This document shows, one piece after another, positions 21,371-30,484 of a stretch of 64,000 nucleotides of DNA. The position numbers were made by a program, and so were the translations under genes. Every line of letters starts with the position of its first letter. The first letter of the stretch is position 1. Under the pieces are notes generated by a model. It saw only the letters and a program-made list of their open reading frames with translations, was not told the origin of the DNA and did no database searches. The stretch is from Candidatus Cloacimonadales bacterium (GTDB taxonomy: Bacteria > Cloacimonadota > Cloacimonadia > Cloacimonadales > JAFGVF01), in NCBI GenBank assembly GCA_963662585.1, contig OY759729.1, positions 1 through 64,000 on the forward strand, read 5' to 3'.

Positions 21371-21460
21371 AAGGCAAACACATATTCTCAAATATATATA
21401 CAATTAATCTTTGCTGTAGAAGCAAGATTAAATATCATAGATGATTCATCTGTTAATTGA
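21371..21460 (+). pseudogene. Transposase stub, copy 2 (start codon mutated to AAG)
   Basis: Near-identical to copy 1 but ATG>AAG. Confidence 0.7.
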
Positions 21461-22145
21461 ATCTAGGAAGAAACTTCACTTCCCACCTTTGGTGTGAAGT
21501 AGATCTATGTGGGGTGGTCTAAATTGCTACAAAGAATTAGCTCCTCTGGAGCAATGATAAATATCAGTCTATTTAATTAGGATTTTATTGTAAGAACTAG
21601 TAAAGAGTAATCAAGATTTTATACAGAAAATAAAAATTATTGCATGATGATTCATCTGTTAAAAGAATCTATAGACCTAAAAATGATATTTCTTCACTTC
21701 GCACCCGTGGTGCAAAGTAGATCTTTGTGGGGTGATCTAAATTGCTACAAAGAATTAGCTCCTCTGGAGCAATGATAATTACCCGTTTATTTAATTAGTA
21801 TTTTATTGTATGTAAAAAAAAGGATTAAGAAGATTTTAAAAGAGATATTTACCCAAAAATAATCGAAGATATAATTGTGGGATGTTGTTACGATTGGAAA
21901 GTAATTGAGATTAATAAAATCATGAATATCAGTACATATTTAGATGTAAGGTCTTTAATGAATTTAGTTCTTTAATATTTTGTTGATGTTATCCCAAGAA
22001 TAGAAATAAAAAAAATGCTCATAAATTTAAATGGGTCGATTATCATGCTCCATAGGAGCTAACTCTTTGTAGCCAAAAACATCACACCCAAGAGGAGTGT
22101 TCGCACCTGCGGTGCGAACTAACAATTAAGATAAAAGGATATTTT

Positions 22146-22235
22146 ATGGCAAACACATATTCTCAAATTTATATACAATTAATCTTTGCTGTAGAAGCAA
22201 GATTAAATATCATAGATGATTCATCTGTTAATTGA
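22146..22235 (+). pseudogene. Transposase stub, copy 3
   Basis: MANTYSQIYIQLIFAVEARLNIIDDSSVN*. Confidence 0.75.
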
Positions 22236-22715
22236 ATCTATAGATCTATAAATGATATTTCTTCACTTCCCACCTTTGGTGCGAAGTAGATCTTTGTGGG
22301 GCGGTATAAATTGCTACAAAGAATTAGCTCCTCTGGAGCAATGATAAATACCAGTTTATTTAATTAGTATTTTATTGTAAGAACAAGCAAAGGATTAAGA
22401 AGATTTTAAAAGAGATATTTATCCAAAAATAATCGAAGATATAATTTTGGGATGTTGTTACGATTGGAAAGTAATAGTGATTAATAAAATCATTAATATT
22501 TGTACATATTAAGATATAAATTTTTTAATGAATTTAGTTCTTTATATTTCATAAATGTTATTCCAAGAATAGAAATAAAAAAAATGCTCATAAATTTAAA
22601 TGGGTCGATTATCATGCTCCATAGGAGCTAACTCTTTGTAGCCAAAAACATCACACCCCAAGAAAAGTGTTCGCACCTGCGGTGCGAACTAGCAATTAAG
22701 ATAAAAGGATATTTT

Positions 22716-22730
22716 GTGGCTAACACATAA
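22716..22730 (+). pseudogene. Transposase stub, copy 4 (GTG GCT AAC ACA TAA)
   Basis: Same position after the inverted unit; nonsense at codon 5, and similarity fades shortly after. Confidence 0.55.
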
Positions 22731-22839
22731 TCCCCAACATATTTTTAATATTTTAAATAAAATTGATTTTAATAAAAAAAAACTTTACACAAAAATAAAA
22801 TATACTAATAATGGACTACTTGACTAAAGGAAGGAAATT

Positions 22840-24066
22840 ATGATATATATTAAGTGTAACATTCTAAATCCTGTTTCATCAAAAGAAGCAGAAGAACTTA
22901 AGAATGTCATATTAACAATAGATAATGATGAGATAAAAGCTATAAGCTCTTTTTCTGATTTTGACCCAGCAGATAAAAATATTATAGATAAAAGCAACAA
23001 GTTAATAATTCCTGGTTTAATTGATACTCATGTTCATTTATCCCAATGGGGAATTAGAGGAAAATACAAGAGTGATTTAATGGATTGGTTAAATTGTTAT
23101 ACTTTTCCTGAAGAAGAGAAATTTTTTAATAGAGAGTATGCAAAATCCATATCAAGAGATTTTTTCCAAAATTTAATAAATGCTGGAACAACAACAGCAT
23201 CAATTTATGTTACAGTATCCCAAGATGCAACAAATATTGCTTTTGAGGAAGCTGCAAGACTTAATTACCGAGCTTTGATTGGTAAGGTATGTATGGACCA
23301 GAACACTCCTATAGCACTCTTAGAGAATACTGAAAAATCTTTCCAAGAATCAGTTGAATTGTGTCAACAGTGGGATAAATATGAATTATTAGATTATGTC
23401 TTTACACCGCGATTTGCTCCAGTGTGTTCTAGCAATTTAATGAAGAAGATTGGAAAATATGCTCATGAAAATGATAAATATATTCAGACACATCTATCAG
23501 AAAATCATAATGAAATTGCCTTAGTAAAACAACTTTTCCCTCAAGCTACTTCTTATACTGATGTGTATAAGCAATCACAGCTTTTAGGTCCTAAAACAAT
23601 AATGGCACATACAATTCATTTAGATGCTAAAGAATTAGATTTAATGAAAAAAAGTGATACCAAAATAAGCCACTGTCCTGATTCTAATTTCTTTTTAAAA
23701 TCAGGAAGATTTCCTTATAAAAAAATGCTTGAGAATAATCTTACAGTAGGTTTAGGTTCTGATGTAGCTGGTGGAACTTGTTTAGATATGTTTTATCATA
23801 TGAAAATGGCAAATTATATGCAAATTGATCAATCTTTAGAGGTGGAGGAGTTATTTTATCTTGCTACTTTAGGTAATGCCAAAGTCTTGAGTAAAGAGAA
23901 TTTAATAGGTAGCATTGAAGTAGGGAAAAAGGCTGATTTTTTAATATTAGATGTAGATCCAAATCAGAATGGTCAAGAGATGCTTTCAGAATTAATTTTT
24001 GTTAGAGGCAAGGATGCAATTGAAGCAGTATATATCAATGGGAAAGAAATGATTATAGAAAGATAA
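22840..24066 (+). CDS. guaD: Guanine deaminase
   Basis: PGLIDTHVH, WLNCYTFPEE, TPRFA, IQTHLSEN, HCPDSN, GLGSDVAGG. Confidence 0.92.
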   Translation: MIYIKCNILNPVSSKEAEELKNVILTIDNDEIKAISSFSDFDPADKNIIDKSNKLIIPGLIDTHVHLSQWGIRGKYKSDLMDWLNCYTFPEEEKFFNREYAKSISRDFFQNLINAGTTTASIYVTVSQDATNIAFEEAARLNYRALIGKVCMDQNTPIALLENTEKSFQESVELCQQWDKYELLDYVFTPRFAPVCSSNLMKKIGKYAHENDKYIQTHLSENHNEIALVKQLFPQATSYTDVYKQSQLLGPKTIMAHTIHLDAKELDLMKKSDTKISHCPDSNFFLKSGRFPYKKMLENNLTVGLGSDVAGGTCLDMFYHMKMANYMQIDQSLEVEELFYLATLGNAKVLSKENLIGSIEVGKKADFLILDVDPNQNGQEMLSELIFVRGKDAIEAVYINGKEMIIER

Positions 24067-24254
24067 AAAGAGATAATAATCTTAAGCAGTGCTGTCTTTC
24101 TATAGAAAGGAAATATTGAAGAATTAAGTAAATTCTTGATGAATGACAATAGCACTTCTTTATGATAATTAATAGAATTTTGTTAATAAAATAATATTAG
24201 GTAATTAAACTAGATCAAACTTTGGTCTGATAAAACACAAAAAGAGAGAATTTA

Positions 24255-25730
24255 ATGCGTACTAGTAAGATTAAATTTATATTAAATGGGGAGTTGAAAA
24301 GTTTAGAGGTTACTCCTGGAACTACTCTTTTAGAAGTAATTAGAGACAAGTATAGATTAAATGGGACTAAAAGTGTATGTAACGAGGGAGATTGTGGGGC
24401 ATGTACTTTAACTGTCGCTGATTATGTCGATGGTGAAATTAATTATAAGGCAATAAACTCCTGTTTATATCCTGCCGAGAAGATTATGAATAAGCATATT
24501 ATAACTATTGAAGGACTATCTGAGAATGATTCAGAATTGCATCCTATCCAAGAGATTCTCTATAATAATCATGGTACGCAATGTGGATTTTGTACACCTG
24601 GAATTATTATGTCAATATTTTCTTATCTTGCAGAAAATAGAGAATACAGTGAAGAGGAGTTGAGAGAGTCTTTAAATGGTAACCTTTGCAGGTGTACCGG
24701 ATATATTCATATTATTCAAGGTGGGAAAGAGATTCTAAAATATTATACAAATCACCAAGTCAATTTACTTACTCAGAAGTTAATAAAGGGGAATGAAAAG
24801 CTTAAAGAAATTAATAATAGCTTTGATATCACTACTTCTCAACAGAATATCAGTAGTAGGGGTGTAGAGGGTTATTATTTAATCAAAAGTTTAGAAAAAT
24901 ATCAAGAAGTTATCAATAAGCTTAAGGGAACAGGAACAATAAAAGTAGTAGCTGGAGCGACTGACTTATTTGTTGTAGGTAATTTAAGAAGAACATATTT
25001 CAAAAATTATCTAGACATAACTTATATTCCTGAACTAACAAAAATTACCTTACAAGATAAGCAATTAGTTATTGGGGCTGGAGTTACTTTAGAAAAGCTA
25101 CGGATTGATAAAATAGTGCAAGAAAACATACCTGCATTGGCTAAAGTTGTTTCCCAGATGGCAAGTAAACAGATTCGGAATATTGCTTCAATTGGGGGAA
25201 ATGTTGGAAATGCTTCTCCAGTTGGGGATTGTGCTACTTCTTTAATAGGCTTGAATGCTAGGTTAATTCTCTTTGGAGAAGATGGTGAGAGGGAAGTTTC
25301 TATTGATCAATTCTATAAAGGATATAAGGAAACTGTCCTCAAGAATCACGAGTTTATAAAAGAAATTATTATACCTATTAAAAAGCAGGGTTTTTATAGT
25401 TTCGAGAAATCTTCAAAAAGGAAAACTCTAGATATCTCTTCAGTATGCTCTTTTTGTTATATCGAGCATAAATCTGGTTTGATGAATATCTCTAGGTTTG
25501 CTTTTGGTGGTGTTGCTGCTTATCCAAAATTAGCTTTAAGTATTGCTTTAGAATTAAGAGATAAAGATATAAAAGATATTGAAATAGAGAAAATAGCAAC
25601 TCAGGTAGCAAATGAGTTTTCGCCCATAAGTGATATTAGAGGAAGCGCTGAATATCGACATATTTTAATAAGGAATCATGTTATAAAACATTTAGAGAAG
25701 TTTAAGGAGGAGTTGCTGAATGGAAATTAA
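24255..25730 (+). CDS. xdhA: Xanthine dehydrogenase small subunit (2x[2Fe-2S] + FAD), Rhodobacter/Pseudomonas type
   Basis: GTKSVCNEGDCGAC, QCGFCTPG, GNLCRCTGY, AGATDL, QIRNIASIGGNVGNASPVGD. Confidence 0.88.
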   Translation: MRTSKIKFILNGELKSLEVTPGTTLLEVIRDKYRLNGTKSVCNEGDCGACTLTVADYVDGEINYKAINSCLYPAEKIMNKHIITIEGLSENDSELHPIQEILYNNHGTQCGFCTPGIIMSIFSYLAENREYSEEELRESLNGNLCRCTGYIHIIQGGKEILKYYTNHQVNLLTQKLIKGNEKLKEINNSFDITTSQQNISSRGVEGYYLIKSLEKYQEVINKLKGTGTIKVVAGATDLFVVGNLRRTYFKNYLDITYIPELTKITLQDKQLVIGAGVTLEKLRIDKIVQENIPALAKVVSQMASKQIRNIASIGGNVGNASPVGDCATSLIGLNARLILFGEDGEREVSIDQFYKGYKETVLKNHEFIKEIIIPIKKQGFYSFEKSSKRKTLDISSVCSFCYIEHKSGLMNISRFAFGGVAAYPKLALSIALELRDKDIKDIEIEKIATQVANEFSPISDIRGSAEYRHILIRNHVIKHLEKFKEELLNGN

Positions 25731-28029
25731 TTCAAAACACCTTTCGGGTAAATTGCATGTAAGAGGTAAATCTACTTTCGTTGAAAACATAGCACTTCAA
25801 GCTAAAGATTGCCTTTATGCATACCCAGTTGTTAGTAGTAAAGCTAAAGCTAAAATATTAAATATAAATTCTGAGATAACTGATAGTAATGATAACTTTC
25901 TAGCATTGATCACTTATAAAGATATTCCTGGAGAAAACAATATAGCTCACGGAAATGGAGATTATCAACCTGTCTTAGCAGAAGAGCAAGTGAACTATGT
26001 AGGTGAACCAATTGCCATTGTGGTAGCTAGCACTATGGAAGATGCTGTCTCACTTAGTAGGAAAATTAAAGTTGAGTATGAGGATATTGCACCCATATTA
26101 AGTGTTAAGGATGCAGTAGAAGCAAAAACCGAATTTGGTCCTACTAGATATTTTCAAAGAGTTGATGATTATGATAAAGCTAATCTTAGAGAACTAAAAG
26201 GAAACATAACTGTTGGAGCCCAAGAGCATTTTTATTTTGAAACCCAACGCTCTTTTGTAGCTAATGAAGAGAATGGTTGTTTTACAGTTTATAGTTCGAC
26301 TCAAGCTGTTTCTGAAGTACAGGAAGTCTGTGCTCGCATATTAGGAGTATCATCAAATTATATTACTGTAGATGTTAGAAGGTTAGGTGGTGCTTTTGGA
26401 GGTAAAGAAGCTCAAGCGACACTTTGGGCAGGAATTACCACATTAGCAAGTTATGTATGCCGTAAGCCTGTATATCTTGCCTTAGAAAGAAAAGATGATA
26501 TTAGTTGGACAGGGAAAAGACATGAGTTTGTTAATTCCTTCTCTATAAAATATAATGATGAAGGTGATTTATTAAGTTATCGGCTTGATTTAAAAGCCAA
26601 TGGAGGTGCTTATATAGACCTCTCATTTGCTATTTTAGAAAGATCTTTACTTCATGCTGATAGTGGATATTATATTCCAGAAATGAATATAACTGGAACC
26701 GCTTACAGAACAAACTTACCTCCAAATACTGCTTTCAGGGGTTTTGGTGCTCCTCAAGCAATTATAACTACTGAATTAGCTTTAGAAAAGATTGGATATT
26801 CTCTAAATATGGATTTACTAGAAATCAGAAAGAGAAATGTCTATAAAGCTGGACAAACAACTCAATACTCTATGGAAGTTAAAGAGGCTCTTGGTCTAGA
26901 AATGTTAGAAGATCTAGAAGAACTTACTAACTATAAAGAGTTGAAAAAAGAGATAACAGAGTTTAATCAAAAGAATAAATATAAAAAGAAGGGCATTGGG
27001 ATAGTTACTGGTAAATTTGGGATCTCATTTACTGCAACTTTCCTTAACCAAGGTTCAGCTCTTATCTGGATTTATTCTGATGGGTCAATATCTTTAAGTC
27101 ATGGTGGCATTGAAATGGGACAACAGCTTTATACTAAAGTTGCTACTGTCGTTTGCCAAGTTCTAGGGATAACTATTGATAATATCAGAGCGGAAAGCAC
27201 TAACACTAAGAGAGTTGGAAATTCATCTCCAACAGCAGCTTCTTCTGGTTCAGATTTAAATGGAAATGCAGCTCGCAAAGCAAGTGAGAGTTTAAAGATA
27301 AGGCTAACGGAAGCATCTCTAAAACTATTCAAAGAGAAATATAATCTTTTAGCAGAAGCTAAGGATATCATTTTCGAAAACAATTTAGTATTCTCTACTA
27401 AATATCCTGAGAAAACTATCACCTTCGCAGAATTAGCTCATCATGCCTATATGAATAGGGTAGATCTGGGCCAACATAGTTTTTATAAAACTCCTGAAAT
27501 TGATTTTAATAAAACCACTAATAAAGGAATTCCTTTCTATTATTTTGTCTATGGAGCTTCTTTAATTGTTTCTGAAGTTGATATCTTAACTGGTTCTTAT
27601 AAATTTGAATCTATTTATGTTGTGCATGATAATGGAATTCCTTTGAATGCAGAAATTGATAAGGGGCAGATTTACGGAGCAACAATTCAAGGACTAGGTT
27701 ATTGTACAATGGAAGAAGTTAAGTATAATGATAAAGGCGAGAGCATGGCAAATACCCCATCTACTTATAAAATTCCAACAATGAGTGATGTATGCTCAAA
27801 TTTCCAAGTAAAACAGGTAAATAAAGAGAGATCTCAAGCAAGTGTTTTAGGTTCGAAAGCTGTTGGAGAGCCCCCATTCCTTTATGGTTTAGCTGGTTGG
27901 TTCTCAATTATGAATGCCCTTAGTTTCATAACCAATTCACCAGAAAAGATTGATTTAAAAATGCCAGCTACTCCTGAAGCGGTATTACTGGCAATAGAAG
28001 ATTTAAAAAAGAGAGGTTTATATGTATAA
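25720..28029 (+). CDS. xdhB: Xanthine dehydrogenase molybdopterin subunit
   Basis: QEHFYFETQ, RLGGAFGGKE, TAFRGFGAPQ, HGGIEMGQ, SPTAASSGSDLNG, SKAVGEPP. Confidence 0.92.
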   Translation: MEINSKHLSGKLHVRGKSTFVENIALQAKDCLYAYPVVSSKAKAKILNINSEITDSNDNFLALITYKDIPGENNIAHGNGDYQPVLAEEQVNYVGEPIAIVVASTMEDAVSLSRKIKVEYEDIAPILSVKDAVEAKTEFGPTRYFQRVDDYDKANLRELKGNITVGAQEHFYFETQRSFVANEENGCFTVYSSTQAVSEVQEVCARILGVSSNYITVDVRRLGGAFGGKEAQATLWAGITTLASYVCRKPVYLALERKDDISWTGKRHEFVNSFSIKYNDEGDLLSYRLDLKANGGAYIDLSFAILERSLLHADSGYYIPEMNITGTAYRTNLPPNTAFRGFGAPQAIITTELALEKIGYSLNMDLLEIRKRNVYKAGQTTQYSMEVKEALGLEMLEDLEELTNYKELKKEITEFNQKNKYKKKGIGIVTGKFGISFTATFLNQGSALIWIYSDGSISLSHGGIEMGQQLYTKVATVVCQVLGITIDNIRAESTNTKRVGNSSPTAASSGSDLNGNAARKASESLKIRLTEASLKLFKEKYNLLAEAKDIIFENNLVFSTKYPEKTITFAELAHHAYMNRVDLGQHSFYKTPEIDFNKTTNKGIPFYYFVYGASLIVSEVDILTGSYKFESIYVVHDNGIPLNAEIDKGQIYGATIQGLGYCTMEEVKYNDKGESMANTPSTYKIPTMSDVCSNFQVKQVNKERSQASVLGSKAVGEPPFLYGLAGWFSIMNALSFITNSPEKIDLKMPATPEAVLLAIEDLKKRGLYV

Positions 28030-30484
28030 ATTTTTAACTGAAGCTCAGTTTCAAACAGAAATTGATAGATGTTTATTTTGTGAAGAGATGCCATGTATGG
28101 ATGCATGTCCAGTTAGTTGCTCACCAGCTGAATTTATTAAAGCGGTAAAGAATGGAGAAGATAGTGATATCAAAAGAGCTACTACAATTATCCTATCTAA
28201 GAATATTCTAGGTGGGATCTGTGGATCAGTATGTCCTGATTATCATTGTATGGCTGCTTGCTCAAGAGAGACTTTTGATAATCCTATTAAAATTCCTGAT
28301 GTTCAGGCTAAAATTATTCAAAAAGGTAAAGAACTAGATTTTAAACCCCAATTTGAACAAGGGGAAAATGTTAAGAAGAAGGTTGGCCTTATTGGTGGTG
28401 GACCAGCAGGAATTGCTTGTGCGAATATTCTTGCTCAGTATGGAGTTAATGTAGATATTTTTGAAAGAGAAGATAAATTAGGGGGAATGTGTCAGTTTAT
28501 TCCTGAGAATAGATTAGCTACAAATGTATTGGAAAGCGACTTAGAAAATGCCCTAAAACATGATAATATAAGAGTTTATAACAAGACAAGTATTGTAGAT
28601 TTAGATAAGTTTAGTAAAATGTATGATGCCGTGGTAATTGCAAGTGGCCAAGACCAAGCGATTAAACTTAATATTCATGGTAAAGAATTAGCACATGACT
28701 GGAAATCCTTCTTAAGTTTAGAGAAGTTAGAATCTGAAGGAAGATTTGCAATTATTGGCGGTGGTGCTGTTGCTATGGATTGTGCTATGAAAGCAATTGA
28801 TAGTAATGCTGAAACTGTAGATTTCTTCACATTAGAAAATCTTTCAGAAATGAGATTGGATTCTAGAGAACAGAAAGAACTGCTTCATAATAATTTCGGA
28901 AACTATTTTAGAACTATTGTTAAGGAGATAGAATCTGATGATGATGGTCTAAAACTTCACTGTCAGAGAATTAGGCTAAAAGGTAAAAAGTTTGATTTAA
29001 CAAAGATAGAAAAGATTCCTAATACAGAATTTCATTCAGATTTCTACGACTATGTGATTTTTGCTGTTGGTAGTAGAGTTAGTATAGAAACAAAAATAGC
29101 TAATGAAAAGGTCTTTACTTGTGGAGATTTAAAAAACTCAGCTACAACAGTTGTAGAAGCTGTTGCAAGTGGAAGAAATTGCGCTGTGGAAGTCTTAACT
29201 GAATTTAAAATTAAAAATGATGGCAAAATAGGTGAAAAACATACTAAATCCTACATTGGTTTAGAAGATAAATATATTAAACAGGTCTCTATAAAAGCTG
29301 ATTTCTTCGGAAAAGAGCTTAGGTCTCCTTTTATCCTATCAGCTGCACCACCTTCAGATGGATATGAACAGGTCAAAAAAGCTTATGAAGCAGGCTGGGC
29401 TGGAGCTGTAATGAAGACAGCTTTCGATGATTTAGATATTCATATTCCTCATGATTATATGTTTGAATTTAATTCTGAAACTTATGCTAATTGTGATAAT
29501 GTCTCAGAAGTTCCTCTTAGAAAAGTTATAGATAATGCGCAAAGAATAATCAAAGAATTCCCAGATAGAGCTACTATAGTTTCAACTGGTGGACCTGTTA
29601 CAGGTCATGATGAAGAGGATAAATTAGTATGGCAAGCAAATACAAAGTTAATAGATTCAGCTCATGTTCATGGGGTAGAGTACAGTCTATCTTGTCCTCA
29701 AGGTGGAGATGGAACTGAAGGAGATATAGTTTCCCAAAATGCTGAATTAACAGCTAAAGTGATAGATTGGGTTATGGAAGTATCTGATGCAGAAATTCCT
29801 AAATTATTTAAATTAACTGGAGCTGTAACTTCTATTGTTCCAATTCTGGAAGCTATCAAAGAGGTATTTAATAAATATTCTAATAAAAAAGCTGGGATTA
29901 CTTTGGCTAATTCTTTCCCTTCAGTAGCTTTTAGAAAGGATACTAAAAAAGAGTGGGAAGATGGAATCATGGTAGGAATGTCTGGTGATTCTGTAAAATA
30001 TATTTCAAATTTAACGCTTTCGAAAGCAGCTTCGGTAGGTTTAACCATTTCTGGTAATGGTGGAACTATGAATTATAAAGATGCTGCCGACTTCTTAGCT
30101 CTAGGTTGTAAAACAGTGCAATTCTGTACTGCAGTTATGAAAGATGGGGTTAAGGTAATTCAAGATTTAGAACAAGGACTTGCATACTTGATGATAGAAA
30201 GGGGAATAAAATCAATTTCTGAATTGATAGGTATAGCTTTACCAAATCCAATTTTAGATTTCATGGATATCTCACCTATTAAGAGAATCTCTGATGTTGA
30301 CCCTGACTTATGTGAACATTGCGGAAATTGCACTCGTTGTCCCTACATGGCAATAACTTTAAATGAAGATAAGATTCCTGAAACTGATGCTAGTAAATGT
30401 ATCGGTTGTTCAATTTGTGTACAAAAGTGTTTCAGTGGAGCACTGTTTATGAGAGAAAGAACTAAAGAAGAGGTTAGAAACTAA
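28022..30484 (+). CDS. Dihydropyrimidine dehydrogenase-like PreT-PreA fusion (Fe-S/FAD/NAD(P)H + FMN barrel + ferredoxin)
   Basis: N-terminal RCLFCEEMPCMDACP, ICGSVCP, IGGGPAG, IGGGAVAMD; FMN domain SPFILSAAPP, AVMKT, LSCPQ, FKLT, VQFCTAVM; C-terminal two CxxCxxC motifs. Confidence 0.85.
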   Translation: MYKFLTEAQFQTEIDRCLFCEEMPCMDACPVSCSPAEFIKAVKNGEDSDIKRATTIILSKNILGGICGSVCPDYHCMAACSRETFDNPIKIPDVQAKIIQKGKELDFKPQFEQGENVKKKVGLIGGGPAGIACANILAQYGVNVDIFEREDKLGGMCQFIPENRLATNVLESDLENALKHDNIRVYNKTSIVDLDKFSKMYDAVVIASGQDQAIKLNIHGKELAHDWKSFLSLEKLESEGRFAIIGGGAVAMDCAMKAIDSNAETVDFFTLENLSEMRLDSREQKELLHNNFGNYFRTIVKEIESDDDGLKLHCQRIRLKGKKFDLTKIEKIPNTEFHSDFYDYVIFAVGSRVSIETKIANEKVFTCGDLKNSATTVVEAVASGRNCAVEVLTEFKIKNDGKIGEKHTKSYIGLEDKYIKQVSIKADFFGKELRSPFILSAAPPSDGYEQVKKAYEAGWAGAVMKTAFDDLDIHIPHDYMFEFNSETYANCDNVSEVPLRKVIDNAQRIIKEFPDRATIVSTGGPVTGHDEEDKLVWQANTKLIDSAHVHGVEYSLSCPQGGDGTEGDIVSQNAELTAKVIDWVMEVSDAEIPKLFKLTGAVTSIVPILEAIKEVFNKYSNKKAGITLANSFPSVAFRKDTKKEWEDGIMVGMSGDSVKYISNLTLSKAASVGLTISGNGGTMNYKDAADFLALGCKTVQFCTAVMKDGVKVIQDLEQGLAYLMIERGIKSISELIGIALPNPILDFMDISPIKRISDVDPDLCEHCGNCTRCPYMAITLNEDKIPETDASKCIGCSICVQKCFSGALFMRERTKEEVRN

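Larger units (their letters stand above)
19694..22730. repeat. Array of 12 REP-like double-hairpin units (BIME/REPIN-like) with IS200-like transposase stubs
   Basis: Forward units at 19694, 19913, 20132, 20701, 20919, 21478, 21696, 22265; inverted units at 20484, 21272, 22047, 22616. Unit = ACTTCGCACC-CGT-GGTGCGAAGT...GCTACAAAGAGTTAGCTCC-TCT-GGAGC. Confidence 0.9.

Noticed and set aside
20409..22615. Minus-strand 18-40 aa hydrophobic ORFs (M(T/I)I(E/D)PFK...) starting beside each inverted unit, resembling type I toxins
   Set aside because: GGAG is only 1 nt from the ATG, lengths differ, one copy is frameshifted, and hydrophobicity follows from poly-T. Not excluded, but unsupported.
19694..22730. 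Repeat field as a second CRISPR array or tracrRNA
   Set aside because: Linkers are 130-280 bp and homologous to each other, units occur in both orientations, and similarity to the CRISPR repeat is limited to 7 nt.
22731..22839. Purine riboswitch upstream of guaD
   Set aside because: Region is almost pure A/T with no aptamer consensus or stems.
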